Shown here piece after piece: positions 29,201 to 39,451 of a DNA stretch of 64,000 nucleotides; position 1 is the first letter of the stretch, and each line of letters begins with the position of its first letter. Under the pieces are notes generated by a model. The model was not told the origin of the DNA. It did not search any database and was given only the letters and a program-made list of their open reading frames with translations. Made by a program: the position numbers and the translations under genes. The stretch spans positions 4,192,001 to 4,256,000 of the forward strand of contig CAXXLX010000001.1 of NCBI GenBank assembly GCA_963665235.2, given 5' to 3'. Source of the DNA: Candidatus Poribacteria bacterium (GTDB taxonomy: Bacteria > Poribacteria > WGA-4E > WGA-3G).

Positions 29201-29319
29201 CAAACGTTTAAATTGAGCCCAGCCCTCAAAATGGAGAATCAAAGTGGAACACCGAAGGCGATAAGGAGTGGGATGAATGGTCTCCGTGAAACCTGCTAAC
29301 ATATAAATTCAGGAACACT

Positions 29320-30723
29320 ATGTCTGCAAAACAACAACCCAATCTCCTCATCATTATGTCGGACGAACACGCCCCGATGTTCAGTGGACCTTATGGACAC
29401 CCGCTTGTTCAAACACCGCACATGGATAGACTCGCGCAAGAGGGGGTCACTTTCACGAATGCCTACTGCAATTCACCGCTCTGTATGCCGTCGCGGATGT
29501 CGTTTATGACAGGTAAATATATTCATCATATTGGCGCGTGGGATAACGCGGCACCGTTGCGACCGGACGCTGTCACATGGGCACACCTTCTACGCACCGC
29601 AGGTTATGATGTTGTGCTTTCAGGAAAACAGCATTTTGGCGGGATGGACCAGTTGCACGGTTTTCGTGCACAGCTCGCCCGGGACCTACACGCTGAAAGA
29701 CAACACGGCCTCACAGACTGGGAGAACGGTACACCACCTGCTCGCCGGCCATGGCAAGGACTTGCACACGCCGGGCCTGGAACAACTGTGGAAATTGAGG
29801 TAGATGACCTTGCAGAAGCCGCGGCTCTCACATATCTGCGCGACCGGGCAGGCCAGGAACAGCCGTGGGTGCTCAATGTTTCGTTCATCGCACCCCATTT
29901 TCCGCTTGTTGTGCCGCAGCGGTTTTGGGACCTCTATCCGCTTGATGAAATCGATTTACCTAATATTCCGGATGGACACCTCGAAAACCAGCATCCTGTC
30001 TATCAGCGGATGCGGCGGACGTTCGGATGTGTTGATTTTCCTGAAGACCTGGTCCGCCGCGCACGTGCAGGATACTACGGTTTGATTACCTATCTCGATG
30101 AGAAGATTGGGCGGCTGCTTCAGACGCTTGAAGAGACCGGGCAGTTGGAAAATACCGTTGTTATCTATACCAGCGACCACGGCGAGATGAACGGCGAACA
30201 CGGTATGTGGCGCAAATCAAACTTCTATGAGGCATCCGCTCGGGTGCCGCTCCAGATTATGTTTCCTGACCATCTCCCCGCCGGTAAACGTGTTGATGAA
30301 GTTGTATCGCTCGTTGATCTGACGGCTACACTGATTGACCTCACAAACGCGCCGAATGTGGGGCAGCTTGATGGGGATAGTCTGATTCCCTTGATACAAG
30401 GCACGGCAACCGATTGGAAAAATTTCGCGTTCTCCGAATATCTCGCCCACGGTGTTGAACGTCCGATGGCGATGCTACGGAAGGGGAGATACAAATTCAA
30501 CTATAGCCTCGGCGATGCCCCTGAACTTTACGATATAGCAGAAGACCCTGGCGAATTTCGTAACCTTGCGCCTCAACCTGAATATCAAGCTATTTGCCGT
30601 GAATTGGAAGCGAGCCTCTTAGCGGAGTGGAATCCCGTTGAAATTGAGAGACAGGTCCGCGAAAGTCAGAAGGCACGGCTGCTTATCGATAACGTCACGG
30701 GAGGACAGTGGCGAAAAAAATGA
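29320..30723 (+). CDS. Sulfatase (choline-sulfatase-like)
   Basis: SDEH, CMPSR (CxPxR), GKQH, SDHGE. Confidence 0.93.
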   Translation: MSAKQQPNLLIIMSDEHAPMFSGPYGHPLVQTPHMDRLAQEGVTFTNAYCNSPLCMPSRMSFMTGKYIHHIGAWDNAAPLRPDAVTWAHLLRTAGYDVVLSGKQHFGGMDQLHGFRAQLARDLHAERQHGLTDWENGTPPARRPWQGLAHAGPGTTVEIEVDDLAEAAALTYLRDRAGQEQPWVLNVSFIAPHFPLVVPQRFWDLYPLDEIDLPNIPDGHLENQHPVYQRMRRTFGCVDFPEDLVRRARAGYYGLITYLDEKIGRLLQTLEETGQLENTVVIYTSDHGEMNGEHGMWRKSNFYEASARVPLQIMFPDHLPAGKRVDEVVSLVDLTATLIDLTNAPNVGQLDGDSLIPLIQGTATDWKNFAFSEYLAHGVERPMAMLRKGRYKFNYSLGDAPELYDIAEDPGEFRNLAPQPEYQAICRELEASLLAEWNPVEIERQVRESQKARLLIDNVTGGQWRKK

Positions 30724-32138
30724 CTTCAACCGATAGGAAACCGAACCTCGTCTATGTCTTCGGCGATCAGCTGCGTTATCAATCGTGCGGGTACGCGGGG
30801 GATACACGGGCGCGTACGCCTAACATCGACCGGCTTGCCACAGAGGGAGCGAATTTTTGCAACGCGGTCTCTGGTAGTCCGATGTGCGCGCCGTATCGTG
30901 CCTCACTCTTCACAGGGAAATATAGCAGCAGCACCGGCATGGCAATCAATGAACTCCGCATGAACCCTAATCATGACTGCTTCGGACACGTTTTACATCG
31001 TAACGGGTACCAGACAAGTTATATCGGAAAGTGGCATCTTTGGGCAAATCAGTTGGGACATCATCACGACCCGCGGAATTCCTATATTCCGCCCGGCCCG
31101 CACCGACTCGGCTTTGATGGGGAATGGTCAGCCTATAATTTCCATCACACCTATTTTGACACCTATTATCATAAAGATACCCCTGAAAGGATTACGATTC
31201 CTGGCTATGAACCGGATGGACAGACAGATTTAGCGATAGAATACCTTCAACGCGCCGCAACAGCAGATAATCCGTTCGCGCTTTTCCTTTCAATCGGCAC
31301 GCCGCACGACCCGTGGACACAGAACAACGTCCCGAGTGCTTATTATGAGATGTTCCAAGATGTTGATTTTCCGTTGCCACAGAACTATCGTGAAGAGAAC
31401 GACCCGTACGGTGATGCATGGGCTATGATGTCCGCGGCAAACCGTGCGAAACTCCCCGAATGGATGCGTGTCTATTACGCAATGACGACCAATCTCGATT
31501 GGAACATCGGTAGATTGCTGAGTGCTATTGATGAACTCGGATTGCGGGATAACACAATCTTCGTGTTTACGTCTGACCACGGTGAAATGTTCGGTGCCCA
31601 GGGCCGCAAGGCAAAAAATATCTTTTATGAAGAAGCAGTACGCGTGCCGTTTCTTGTCCGCTGGTCTACGCAAATTCCGGCGGGGTATGTTACAGACGCA
31701 TGCTTGAATACCCCGGACGTTATGCCGACCCTGCTGTCTATGATGAATCTGCCAATTCCGCAGGGTGTAGAGGGCGCCGCACTGCATCACGCCGCGTTTA
31801 ACGAACCGTTTGATGAACCGGATGCCGCGTTTATGCAGGGAATGGGGTGCACTGCAAAATGGGAGGATGGTCATGAGTGGCGGGCTCTCCGAACGAAGCG
31901 GTATACTTACGCTGTTCACCGTCCCGATGGATGTGAGAAACTTTTTGACAATACAACCGACCCGTTTCAAACCCGCAATTTGGCGGATGACACCGCCTCG
32001 GCAAACCTCCTATGTGAATTCCGTGAGATGCTAAAGCAGCGTATGGACACGCTTAACGACACCTTTGAAGCATGCACATGGTATCGGGATAATTGGACAG
32101 AAGAGCGGGTGATTCTGCGTACCGCAACGCTTAGCTAG
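30720..32138 (+). CDS. Sulfatase
   Basis: GDQ, CAPYR, GKWH, SDHGE; ATGA overlap with the upstream gene. Confidence 0.93.
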   Translation: MTSTDRKPNLVYVFGDQLRYQSCGYAGDTRARTPNIDRLATEGANFCNAVSGSPMCAPYRASLFTGKYSSSTGMAINELRMNPNHDCFGHVLHRNGYQTSYIGKWHLWANQLGHHHDPRNSYIPPGPHRLGFDGEWSAYNFHHTYFDTYYHKDTPERITIPGYEPDGQTDLAIEYLQRAATADNPFALFLSIGTPHDPWTQNNVPSAYYEMFQDVDFPLPQNYREENDPYGDAWAMMSAANRAKLPEWMRVYYAMTTNLDWNIGRLLSAIDELGLRDNTIFVFTSDHGEMFGAQGRKAKNIFYEEAVRVPFLVRWSTQIPAGYVTDACLNTPDVMPTLLSMMNLPIPQGVEGAALHHAAFNEPFDEPDAAFMQGMGCTAKWEDGHEWRALRTKRYTYAVHRPDGCEKLFDNTTDPFQTRNLADDTASANLLCEFREMLKQRMDTLNDTFEACTWYRDNWTEERVILRTATLS

Positions 32139-32244
32139 CCTTTGTAGAGATACCACTTAGTTTTATCTCGGCTATAGGACGTTGGTTGTATCAACAAGTA
32201 GGCCTGCGTCTTGGAGCCCTTGGCCGAGTTTTAGTTGCCAGTCA

Positions 32245-33210
32245 TTAATACCACATCGCCTTATCAACAACATTTTGTAGCGGTTTTCCCGCAGCGAACC
32301 GTCGCGCATTTTCTAAGAAAATCTCAAACCGACGTTCTGCAATATTCTTCGCATCCTTAACAGCGATATGCGGTGTTATCAACACATTCGGCATTTGCCA
32401 CAGCGGACTTTCGGCAGGCAACGGTTCAACTTCAAACACATCCAACCCACATCCCGCAATACTCCCCTGTTCTAGTGCCTCGACAAGGTCAGCAAGTTTT
32501 GTCGTTTTGCCACGGCCGATATTGATAAAGTAAGCGGTTGGTTTCATCAGTGCGAATCGGTCTTTGTGCCACATGCCCTCCGTTTCAGGTGTGTGCGGGG
32601 TCGTGACGATAACAAAGTCAGCGCGCGGCAGGAGTGTGTCTAATTCGGCAGGGGCATGTTTTTCAACGAAAGGCACTGCATGCTCCCATCTTGCGTCAAC
32701 GCCGAGCACTGCCATGCCAAATTCGGCACAGAGCCGCGCGGTTTCATGTCCGATACCCCCTACGCCAACAATCAACGCAGTCGCCTGTTTGAGGTCAATA
32801 TATTCACTTTTGCGAGCGTTATGGCTCCAGGTGCCTTCCCGTTGTGCATCCATATAGTAGGGCAAGCCGCGCGCCAGCGCGAGCACGAACATCATGATAT
32901 GTTGTGCAATATGGTCGTTGTAAATACCCCGTGGGTTGCAAACGACCACGGGATGTTCAACAAGGGCAGGATAATAATAGCCGGGGAAGGGGCCAGCGGC
33001 GGGATTTTGTAACCAACGTAGGTTTTTCGCTAACGGCAATTGTTCAGGAGACACCCACCCGTAGACCGCCTCTGCATCGGGGAGATGTACGTTCACCTCT
33101 TCATCTGTCTTCGGTAAAACGACGGTATATTCGGGCAATTCGTTTTGAAGACGTTCAGCCCATGTCTGTGATTCCGAGTTCTGCGGGGGCATTATAATAA
33201 GTTTCGGCAT
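32245..33210 (-). CDS. D-2-hydroxyacid dehydrogenase
   Basis: GVGGIG, INIGRG, LDVFEVEPL, ITPH. Confidence 0.93.
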   Translation of the reverse strand: MPKLIIMPPQNSESQTWAERLQNELPEYTVVLPKTDEEVNVHLPDAEAVYGWVSPEQLPLAKNLRWLQNPAAGPFPGYYYPALVEHPVVVCNPRGIYNDHIAQHIMMFVLALARGLPYYMDAQREGTWSHNARKSEYIDLKQATALIVGVGGIGHETARLCAEFGMAVLGVDARWEHAVPFVEKHAPAELDTLLPRADFVIVTTPHTPETEGMWHKDRFALMKPTAYFINIGRGKTTKLADLVEALEQGSIAGCGLDVFEVEPLPAESPLWQMPNVLITPHIAVKDAKNIAERRFEIFLENARRFAAGKPLQNVVDKAMWY

Positions 33211-33309
33211 GATTTCCGTTCCTCTCTGTTGCTTTTACGGTTTAAGATATGCCTATTTTAGCATAGCAGCATCAGAGGTGCAAGGTTTTTTTGGGGTTTG
33301 AAAAATTTG

Positions 33310-33339
33310 TTGACAATTATTATTGTTTAACGCTATAAT
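33310..33339 (+). promoter_or_regulatory. Sigma70-type promoter of the helicase operon
   Basis: TTGACA-18 bp-TATAAT. Confidence 0.65.
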
Positions 33340-33388
33340 TTCATCTATGCAGTTGAAAACCCTTACCCATGGTTATAGGAGGCTTGAA

Positions 33389-33583
33389 ATGAATATCCAA
33401 ACGATACTAAATCAAAAGATGGAAGAACTCCGTCCCCGGGCCCCGGAACTTCACGCCCTTTTGGATAAAATTCTTAAAAACAGAGCGGGTCAGGGCGATT
33501 ACACTATTGACCGGCACAAACTACCTGAACAGGATATTGAGGCGATTCTCAAAGAAATTCAACAAGCACAGAACCCGGAATAG
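33389..33583 (+). CDS. Small hypothetical protein (64 aa)
   Basis: SD AGGAGG; stop 3 bp before the helicase start. Confidence 0.6.
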   Translation: MNIQTILNQKMEELRPRAPELHALLDKILKNRAGQGDYTIDRHKLPEQDIEAILKEIQQAQNPE

Positions 33584-33586
33584 AGA

Positions 33587-34975
33587 ATGGAAGTTATGGA
33601 AACGCCCCTAAAACTCAACTTTGATAAAGGCACCCTCACCCTACAGAACGTCCCAGAGGCACTGCAAACACAACTGGTACATATCCGCTGGGACGAGCGT
33701 ACCCTCACTTTTCGCGCACCTGCCTATCACTATCGCCACATTGTTTCGCAGCTGCGGGCACACGACATCCCGTATCAGGACACCGCCCGACAGTTCACAG
33801 TGGAATCCTTCACAAACCAAAAAGATGTAACCCCTTATCCGTACCAAACTGAGGCGATTGATGCTTGGCACGCCAACGGGAAGCGTGGCGTTATTAGTCT
33901 ACCGACAGGTGCTGGCAAAACACTCATCGCGATTATGCTAATTGCGGATACACAACGGCCTACGCTTGTGCATGTGCCAACGTTGGATTTAATGCACCAG
34001 TGGTATGACGTACTCACAGAACACTTCAATCAAAAGGTGGGTTTGTATGGGGGCGGGTATCACGAATTGGAGCCGCTTACCGTGACGACGTATCAATCCG
34101 CGGTGATGCATACACCGTATTACGGCAATCGGTTCGGTTTCGCTATTTTTGATGAGTGTCACCATCTGCCGGGGGAGCAGTATCAATACGCGGCCCTCAG
34201 CAGTATTGCCCCGTTCCGTTTGGGTTTGACAGCTACACCTGAACGCGTTGATGGTAAAGAGACGCGGCTCTATTCCCTCGTCGGTGAACGTTGTTATGAG
34301 GCGAAGGTGCAAGACCTTTCTGGGAAAACGTTGTCGCCATATCGTGTTGTCACGATAGCGGTTGAGATGGAGGACACGGAGCGGGTTCGGTACGAGGAGG
34401 CGCGTAGCATCTACCTGAATTTTCTAAAGCAGGAGAAGATTAATATGGGAAGTCCACGCGGGTGGCAAACATTTCTCTGGAAAACGTCCCGCTCCGAAGC
34501 GGGACGCGCGGCTTTCAAAGCATATCTCACCCAAAAACGTCTCAGTTTTGCCTCCACCACAAAACAGGAGTGGGTGTGGAAACTCATACAGCGGCATCGC
34601 GGGGACCGGATTCTCATTTTTACGCAGGATAACGACACGGCGTATCAACTCGGAACGCGTTTCTTTTTGCCTGTCCTAACGCACCAGACGAAACTGAAGG
34701 AACGGAACGCTTTTCTGAACAACTTTCGCGATGGCACCTATTCTATCCTAGTCACCTCCAAAGTGCTGAACGAAGGTGTGGATGTACCGGAGGCGAACGT
34801 TGCCATTATTGTTTCTGGGAGTGGCAGTGTACGGGAGCATGTGCAACGGCTTGGACGTATTCTCCGTAAGCGGGAAGGCAAACAGGCAGTGCTCTACGAG
34901 CTCATCTCTAAACAGACCGGCGAACATTTTGTTAACAAACGGCGGAGACAACACCACGCTTACCAACCGAGGTAG
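33587..34975 (+). CDS. XPB/Rad25-like superfamily II helicase
   Basis: WDERT DRD-like N-terminus, LPTGAGKT, DECHH, GLTAT, QRLGRILR. Confidence 0.9.
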   Translation: MEVMETPLKLNFDKGTLTLQNVPEALQTQLVHIRWDERTLTFRAPAYHYRHIVSQLRAHDIPYQDTARQFTVESFTNQKDVTPYPYQTEAIDAWHANGKRGVISLPTGAGKTLIAIMLIADTQRPTLVHVPTLDLMHQWYDVLTEHFNQKVGLYGGGYHELEPLTVTTYQSAVMHTPYYGNRFGFAIFDECHHLPGEQYQYAALSSIAPFRLGLTATPERVDGKETRLYSLVGERCYEAKVQDLSGKTLSPYRVVTIAVEMEDTERVRYEEARSIYLNFLKQEKINMGSPRGWQTFLWKTSRSEAGRAAFKAYLTQKRLSFASTTKQEWVWKLIQRHRGDRILIFTQDNDTAYQLGTRFFLPVLTHQTKLKERNAFLNNFRDGTYSILVTSKVLNEGVDVPEANVAIIVSGSGSVREHVQRLGRILRKREGKQAVLYELISKQTGEHFVNKRRRQHHAYQPR

Positions 34976-34986
34976 GAGACAAAACG

Positions 34987-36219
34987 ATGCTCACCAAAAA
35001 CCTGCTCCGATACAAAATTCAGAGTGGGCACATCGTACCCCAATTTGTCAATCCATCAGATAGCGAACTGTTGGCAATCGCTGAGCAATTAATCGCGGTT
35101 TTTGAGGAATCTCCAAATCAGCAGCGGGCGGCGGTTTTGCAATCCAGCAAGCAAATTATTGATGCTACCCCGGGGGTACTTGTAGTCAAACGTGGGCTTG
35201 AAAAACTTCTATTGGACCGGACCGAGTTTGATACCGCGCCCAACGAGGAGTTGATTGCATTTCGGCAAAAACTCTTTACAGAGACAAGTCGCTTGCTTTC
35301 GCACGAACCGTTTCCGAGCTATGATGATTATCAGCAACGCGTGCAAGCGACGTTTGATGAAACGGACCTTGGGGCGAAACTCTACGCCGATTTACCAAGT
35401 TGCCAACCGGTTGTCGCATTTAAAACGGTCTCTGCTGAACGTTTACTGCACCGCTATAACGCCGCGCAGGTGCAAGGATTGCTTCTCCACTGTAACACGC
35501 TCACGCTCACGCTTGCCGATTCCATGACGGCTGAACTGCGGCAGCTGTTCAAATATCTGAGATTCAACCAACTCCTCTCTACAATTCGGAAGGAAGCGGA
35601 GGCGCGGTATCAGATTACAGTGGATGGTCCACTTAACCTCTTTTACAAAACGAAGCGGTACGGCATGAATCTGGCGAATTTTTTCATGGCGGTGCTGCAT
35701 CAACCGAAGTGGGAACTGACTGCCGAAATTCAGTTTCGGAATTCGCGCTCCTATAGATTGTGTCTTGATGAATCGTGCGGTATCGCGCCTATTTCGCAAC
35801 AATTTCTCGCCTATATCCCCGAGGATATCCAACTTTTTCAGGCGATGCTCCGCAATAAGACAGATGAATGGGACATCAGTCCGGGTAGCCATTTCCTCCC
35901 TTTAGTCGGTGAACTTTACTGTTTTCCTGATTATATCCTCACTCACAAAAGCGGTGTTAAAACGGCGATTGAGCTATTTCATCCGTGGCATCAAGGGCAT
36001 CTGATTGCGCGGCTCAACACGTTGGCTGAACAGAGCGATGTATCTCTTATCCTCGGTGTTTCAGGGGAATTGAAAAAAAAGCCGCCTATCGCCGAGGCAC
36101 TCGCAGCATCGACGTATTTCTCACAGTTCGGTTTTACCTTCCGGGATGTTCCAACGATGCGTGCGCTCCTTCCGATTTTGAATTCGCTCGTTCCCGCTGA
36201 AAGTGGGAACGATAATTGA
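34987..36219 (+). CDS. DUF790 family (Bax1-like) endonuclease
   Basis: MLTKNLLR, YADL, RYNAAQVQGLL, VDGPLNLF..TKRYG, FPD...E; follows XPB. Confidence 0.85.
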   Translation: MLTKNLLRYKIQSGHIVPQFVNPSDSELLAIAEQLIAVFEESPNQQRAAVLQSSKQIIDATPGVLVVKRGLEKLLLDRTEFDTAPNEELIAFRQKLFTETSRLLSHEPFPSYDDYQQRVQATFDETDLGAKLYADLPSCQPVVAFKTVSAERLLHRYNAAQVQGLLLHCNTLTLTLADSMTAELRQLFKYLRFNQLLSTIRKEAEARYQITVDGPLNLFYKTKRYGMNLANFFMAVLHQPKWELTAEIQFRNSRSYRLCLDESCGIAPISQQFLAYIPEDIQLFQAMLRNKTDEWDISPGSHFLPLVGELYCFPDYILTHKSGVKTAIELFHPWHQGHLIARLNTLAEQSDVSLILGVSGELKKKPPIAEALAASTYFSQFGFTFRDVPTMRALLPILNSLVPAESGNDN

Positions 36220-36440
36220 ATGCTAATGTGGGACTGACAACCGGCAAGAGTGTGTAAAGTTTTTGTACTATGATAAATGGAAGGATGGAAGGATGGAAGA
36301 GGGGAAGGGTGGAAGCGTGGATTTCGCGGATTGTCCGAGGTGTGGGCATCAAGGTTTTGTGATTAAGTTGCGTTTTTTGTCAGAATCGCGGATTACACAG
36401 AGAACACAGAGAACGCGGAAAAAGAGGGGTTTGGGTAAAA

Positions 36441-36519
36441 TCTATAAACATATCGCCCCGATGGGGCTAGTTTGTGTGTTTTTTGGGTTTTCTATAAACA
36501 TATCGCCCCGATGGGGCTA
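36441..36519. repeat. Two copies of the TCTATAAACATATCGCCCCGATGGGGCTA REP-like unit
   Basis: Direct repeat; variant of the GTCCCTACGGGAC hairpin family. Confidence 0.75.
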
Positions 36520-36553
36520 AGAGCTTACTGTTACCCCCAAGTTGCGTTAAGGG

Positions 36554-36918
36554 GGTCGCGTGCACAGCACGCTCCTACAGAAGAGCGGGCATGGGCTGGC
36601 GGATGGGGCGGGAATTGCCAGGTCGCGTGCACAGCACGCTCCTACAGAAGAGCGGGCATGGGCTGGCGGATGGGGCGGGAATTGCCAGGTCGCGTGCACA
36701 GCACGCTCCTACAGAAGAGCGGGCATGGGCTGGCGGATGGGGCGGGAATTGCCAGGTCGCGTGCACAGCACGCTCCTACAGAAGACGGGCATGGGCTGGC
36801 GGATGGGGCGGGAATTGCCAGGTCGCGTGCACAGCACGCTCCTACAGAAGAGCGGGCATGGGCTGGCGGATGGGGCGGGAATTGCCAGGTCGCGTGCACA
36901 GCACGCTCCTACAGAAGA
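36554..36918. repeat. 67-bp tandem repeat, about 5.5 copies, containing a GTAG-type REP
   Basis: Units start at 36554, 36621, 36688, 36755, 36821 and 36888; one unit is 66 bp; minus strand GTAGGAGCGTGCTGTGCACGCGA. Confidence 0.95.
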
Positions 36919-37017
36919 CATCGGACTGTTTGTACAAAAACTTTACGCACCCACCGGCAATTAAGTCTTGACTTTACCTATACGGTTGTGATACAATGAA
37001 TACAGAAAGGAGAAAAA

Positions 37018-38106
37018 ATGAGACGTTTTGAGACCCGAGGCCCCGTAGATGCGCAGAAAAATTATATCGTCTCACGGACTGAAGAGACGGCTGATTTCAT
37101 CAACCGTGTCAAAGCGAGACGGTACGTCGTCATTTTCGCCCCACGACAAACAGGCAAAACTACCTTTTTCAGAACCGCCTTAGATAAGCTTACAACCGAA
37201 GAGCACACCTACTTTCCACTTCAATTGAATTTTGATACCTACGCTGAGCTCTCTATTCCCGAGTTTTACGGCGGACTATTCGAAGACATTCGCGAAGAAA
37301 TTGAGACGGTTTTTGAGCAGCGCGGCAGCACGCCTTCCGAGACGTTGATGGAAATGTTGGATACCACCGAACTAACGAACGCTTTGTCACTGAGACAGTT
37401 CTTTAGCAAATTTGTGAGATTGCTAAACGTCCAACACATCGAGCAGAGGGTTATCCTTATCATAGATGAGTTTGATGGTATCCCCCAAGAAGCTGTGAGC
37501 GGTTTTCTAAATGCGTTACGCCACATCTACCTGAATACCAAAAACCGATGTATTCACAGTATCGGTATCGTCGGGGTCAAGAGCATCACACAGCTGAATT
37601 ACGACCGTTCTATCTCCCCCTTCAATATTCAAGACGATTTCGACCTGCCCAACTTCACACTTGAACAGGTGCAGGAACTGCTATCACAGTATACGGAGGA
37701 AACCGGACAGCCCTTCGCACAAGAGGTTATTGAGATGCTGCATCGGCAGACAGGTGGACAACCCTTCCTTGTCAATAGGTTCGCACAAATTCTCACAGAG
37801 GACTTGGATATTCCGAAAACCGAGACAATCCACACGGAACACTTTTTAACCGCGCACACACATATTATTCAAGAACGAAATGTCAACATTGAACATCTCA
37901 TTACCAATATCCGAAGAGACCCACGTTTTAAAAATATTCTCATGAAGATTGCCACTTATGAGAGCCGCGTCCGTTTCAATCCAGACAATCCCCTCATCAA
38001 CGAACTTACTACTTATGGGGTTATCAAAAAAGGTGCTGCTGGAAGATGTGAAATTGCCAATCCGATTTACCAGCAACGTATCCTGCAAGCATTCACCTCC
38101 CGGTAA
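37018..38106 (+). pseudogene. AAA-like (AAA_35) ATPase, C-terminally frameshifted or truncated
   Basis: APRQTGKTT, IIDEFD, SPFNI, GGQPFLV; after the stop another frame reads VNGLEQQYY and then runs into the argG promoter. Confidence 0.7.
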
Positions 38107-38133
38107 ACGGACTCGAACAGCAATATTACAAAA

Positions 38134-38168
38134 TTGCCTTTTTCAAAAAATAGTTGTATAATTTAATT
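38134..38168 (+). promoter_or_regulatory. Leaderless-type promoter of argG
   Basis: TTGCCT-17 bp-TATAAT, ATG 6 nt downstream, no SD. Confidence 0.6.
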
Positions 38169-39407
38169 ATGAATATTCATCAATTAATAGGAAAAACTGT
38201 CGGGGCTGCCGTTTCAGGCGGGCTCGATAGCTGCACAATTACCAAATGGTTAGTCGATAAAGGGGTCAACGTTGTCTGCTTTACAGCTGACCTCGGACAA
38301 CCGGACGAACGAAACGTCGAAGAAATTCGGGAACGCATGCTGGCATGTGGCGCGCAAGAGGCGGTCATTGTAGATGCAAAAGATGCCTTGGCGGCGGAAG
38401 GCCTCCGGCTCATTCAGTGTCAAGCGATGTATGAAGGGGGGTATTGGAACACAACAGGCATCGCTCGACACGTTACGGTAAAAGCACTGCTGCCGGAGAT
38501 GGAAAAACGGGGTATCACTATTCTGACGCACGGGGCAACAGGACGCGGGAACGACCAGGTCCGTTTTCAACTTGCAACCAATATGCTTTCCCCACACTTC
38601 TCTGTTTATGCGCCGTGGCGAGACGGTGAATTCCTGAAACAGTTCGGCGGCAGAAAAGAGATGATAGATTTCTGCCAAGCACACAGCTTACCGATTACTG
38701 CAACACATGAAAAACCCTACTCAACCGATGCGAATTTGTTGGGATTGACGCATGAAGCGGGTAAGTTGGAATCCCTAAAAACGCCGGCTGACTTTATTAC
38801 GCCGGGAATGGGGGTGCATCCGAAAGACGCGCCGGATGATATAGAACACTTCACCGTAACTTATGCGCGAGGCATACCTGTCGAGGTGAATGGAAGCCCT
38901 TGCACACCGCTTATGAGTTTGCTCGAAGCCAATCGAATTGCGGGGCGGCACGGTGTAGGCATCGGCATTCACACTGTTGAAAACCGGTTTGTCGGGATTA
39001 AAAGCCGAGGCGTTTATGAGTCGCCAGGGATGGAATTGTTAGGGCAGTGTTACGAATATCTGCTCCAACTGATTTTAGACCGCCGGGCGCGGCGGCATTT
39101 CGAAAGTGTAGCGGACACAGTTGCAGAACAGATCTATCAGGGTTACTACTTTGATGCTGCCACACAGGCACTGCTCGCTTCAATTGAACCGTTGACACAT
39201 TTGGCAAGCGGGACTATCACGGTAGCACTCTATAAGGGAAATGTAGCGTTTCACGCTGCGAGCGGTGTTCCGCATTCACTCTACTCCGAGGAGACCGCGT
39301 CTATGGAGGCAATTGGCGATTTCGACCACGCCGATTCGGAAGGTTTTCTGGCAGTGCTTGGGGTTGGGGCACGCGCATCGGCTATTGCAGGGCAGACATC
39401 AGAGTAG
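38169..39407 (+). CDS. argG: Argininosuccinate synthase
   Basis: SGGLDS, HGATGRGNDQVRF, YSTDANL, ENRFVGIKSRGVYESPG. Confidence 0.96.
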   Translation: MNIHQLIGKTVGAAVSGGLDSCTITKWLVDKGVNVVCFTADLGQPDERNVEEIRERMLACGAQEAVIVDAKDALAAEGLRLIQCQAMYEGGYWNTTGIARHVTVKALLPEMEKRGITILTHGATGRGNDQVRFQLATNMLSPHFSVYAPWRDGEFLKQFGGRKEMIDFCQAHSLPITATHEKPYSTDANLLGLTHEAGKLESLKTPADFITPGMGVHPKDAPDDIEHFTVTYARGIPVEVNGSPCTPLMSLLEANRIAGRHGVGIGIHTVENRFVGIKSRGVYESPGMELLGQCYEYLLQLILDRRARRHFESVADTVAEQIYQGYYFDAATQALLASIEPLTHLASGTITVALYKGNVAFHAASGVPHSLYSEETASMEAIGDFDHADSEGFLAVLGVGARASAIAGQTSE

Positions 39408-39451
39408 CCGCTCCACGTTTTGACGTTTTTCCGCAATGTCCGTTTGGCTGA

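Larger units (their letters stand above)
25198..29255 (+). repeat. ~2-kb tandem duplication of the FRG+TPR unit including promoter and 3' flank
   Basis: TTGACGTTTTCTAC.GAACATGGTATTCTT at about 25201 and 27213; TTTGCTTAG.AAACGTTTAAATTGAGCCCA...GGAACACCGAA at about 27141 and 29192. Confidence 0.9.

Noticed and set aside
36554-36918. CRISPR array
   Set aside because: The sequence between repeats is identical (no unique spacers) and there are no cas genes
36263-36999. ORFs of 60-175 aa in several frames
   Set aside because: Translations of the stop-free GC-rich tandem repeat and REPs
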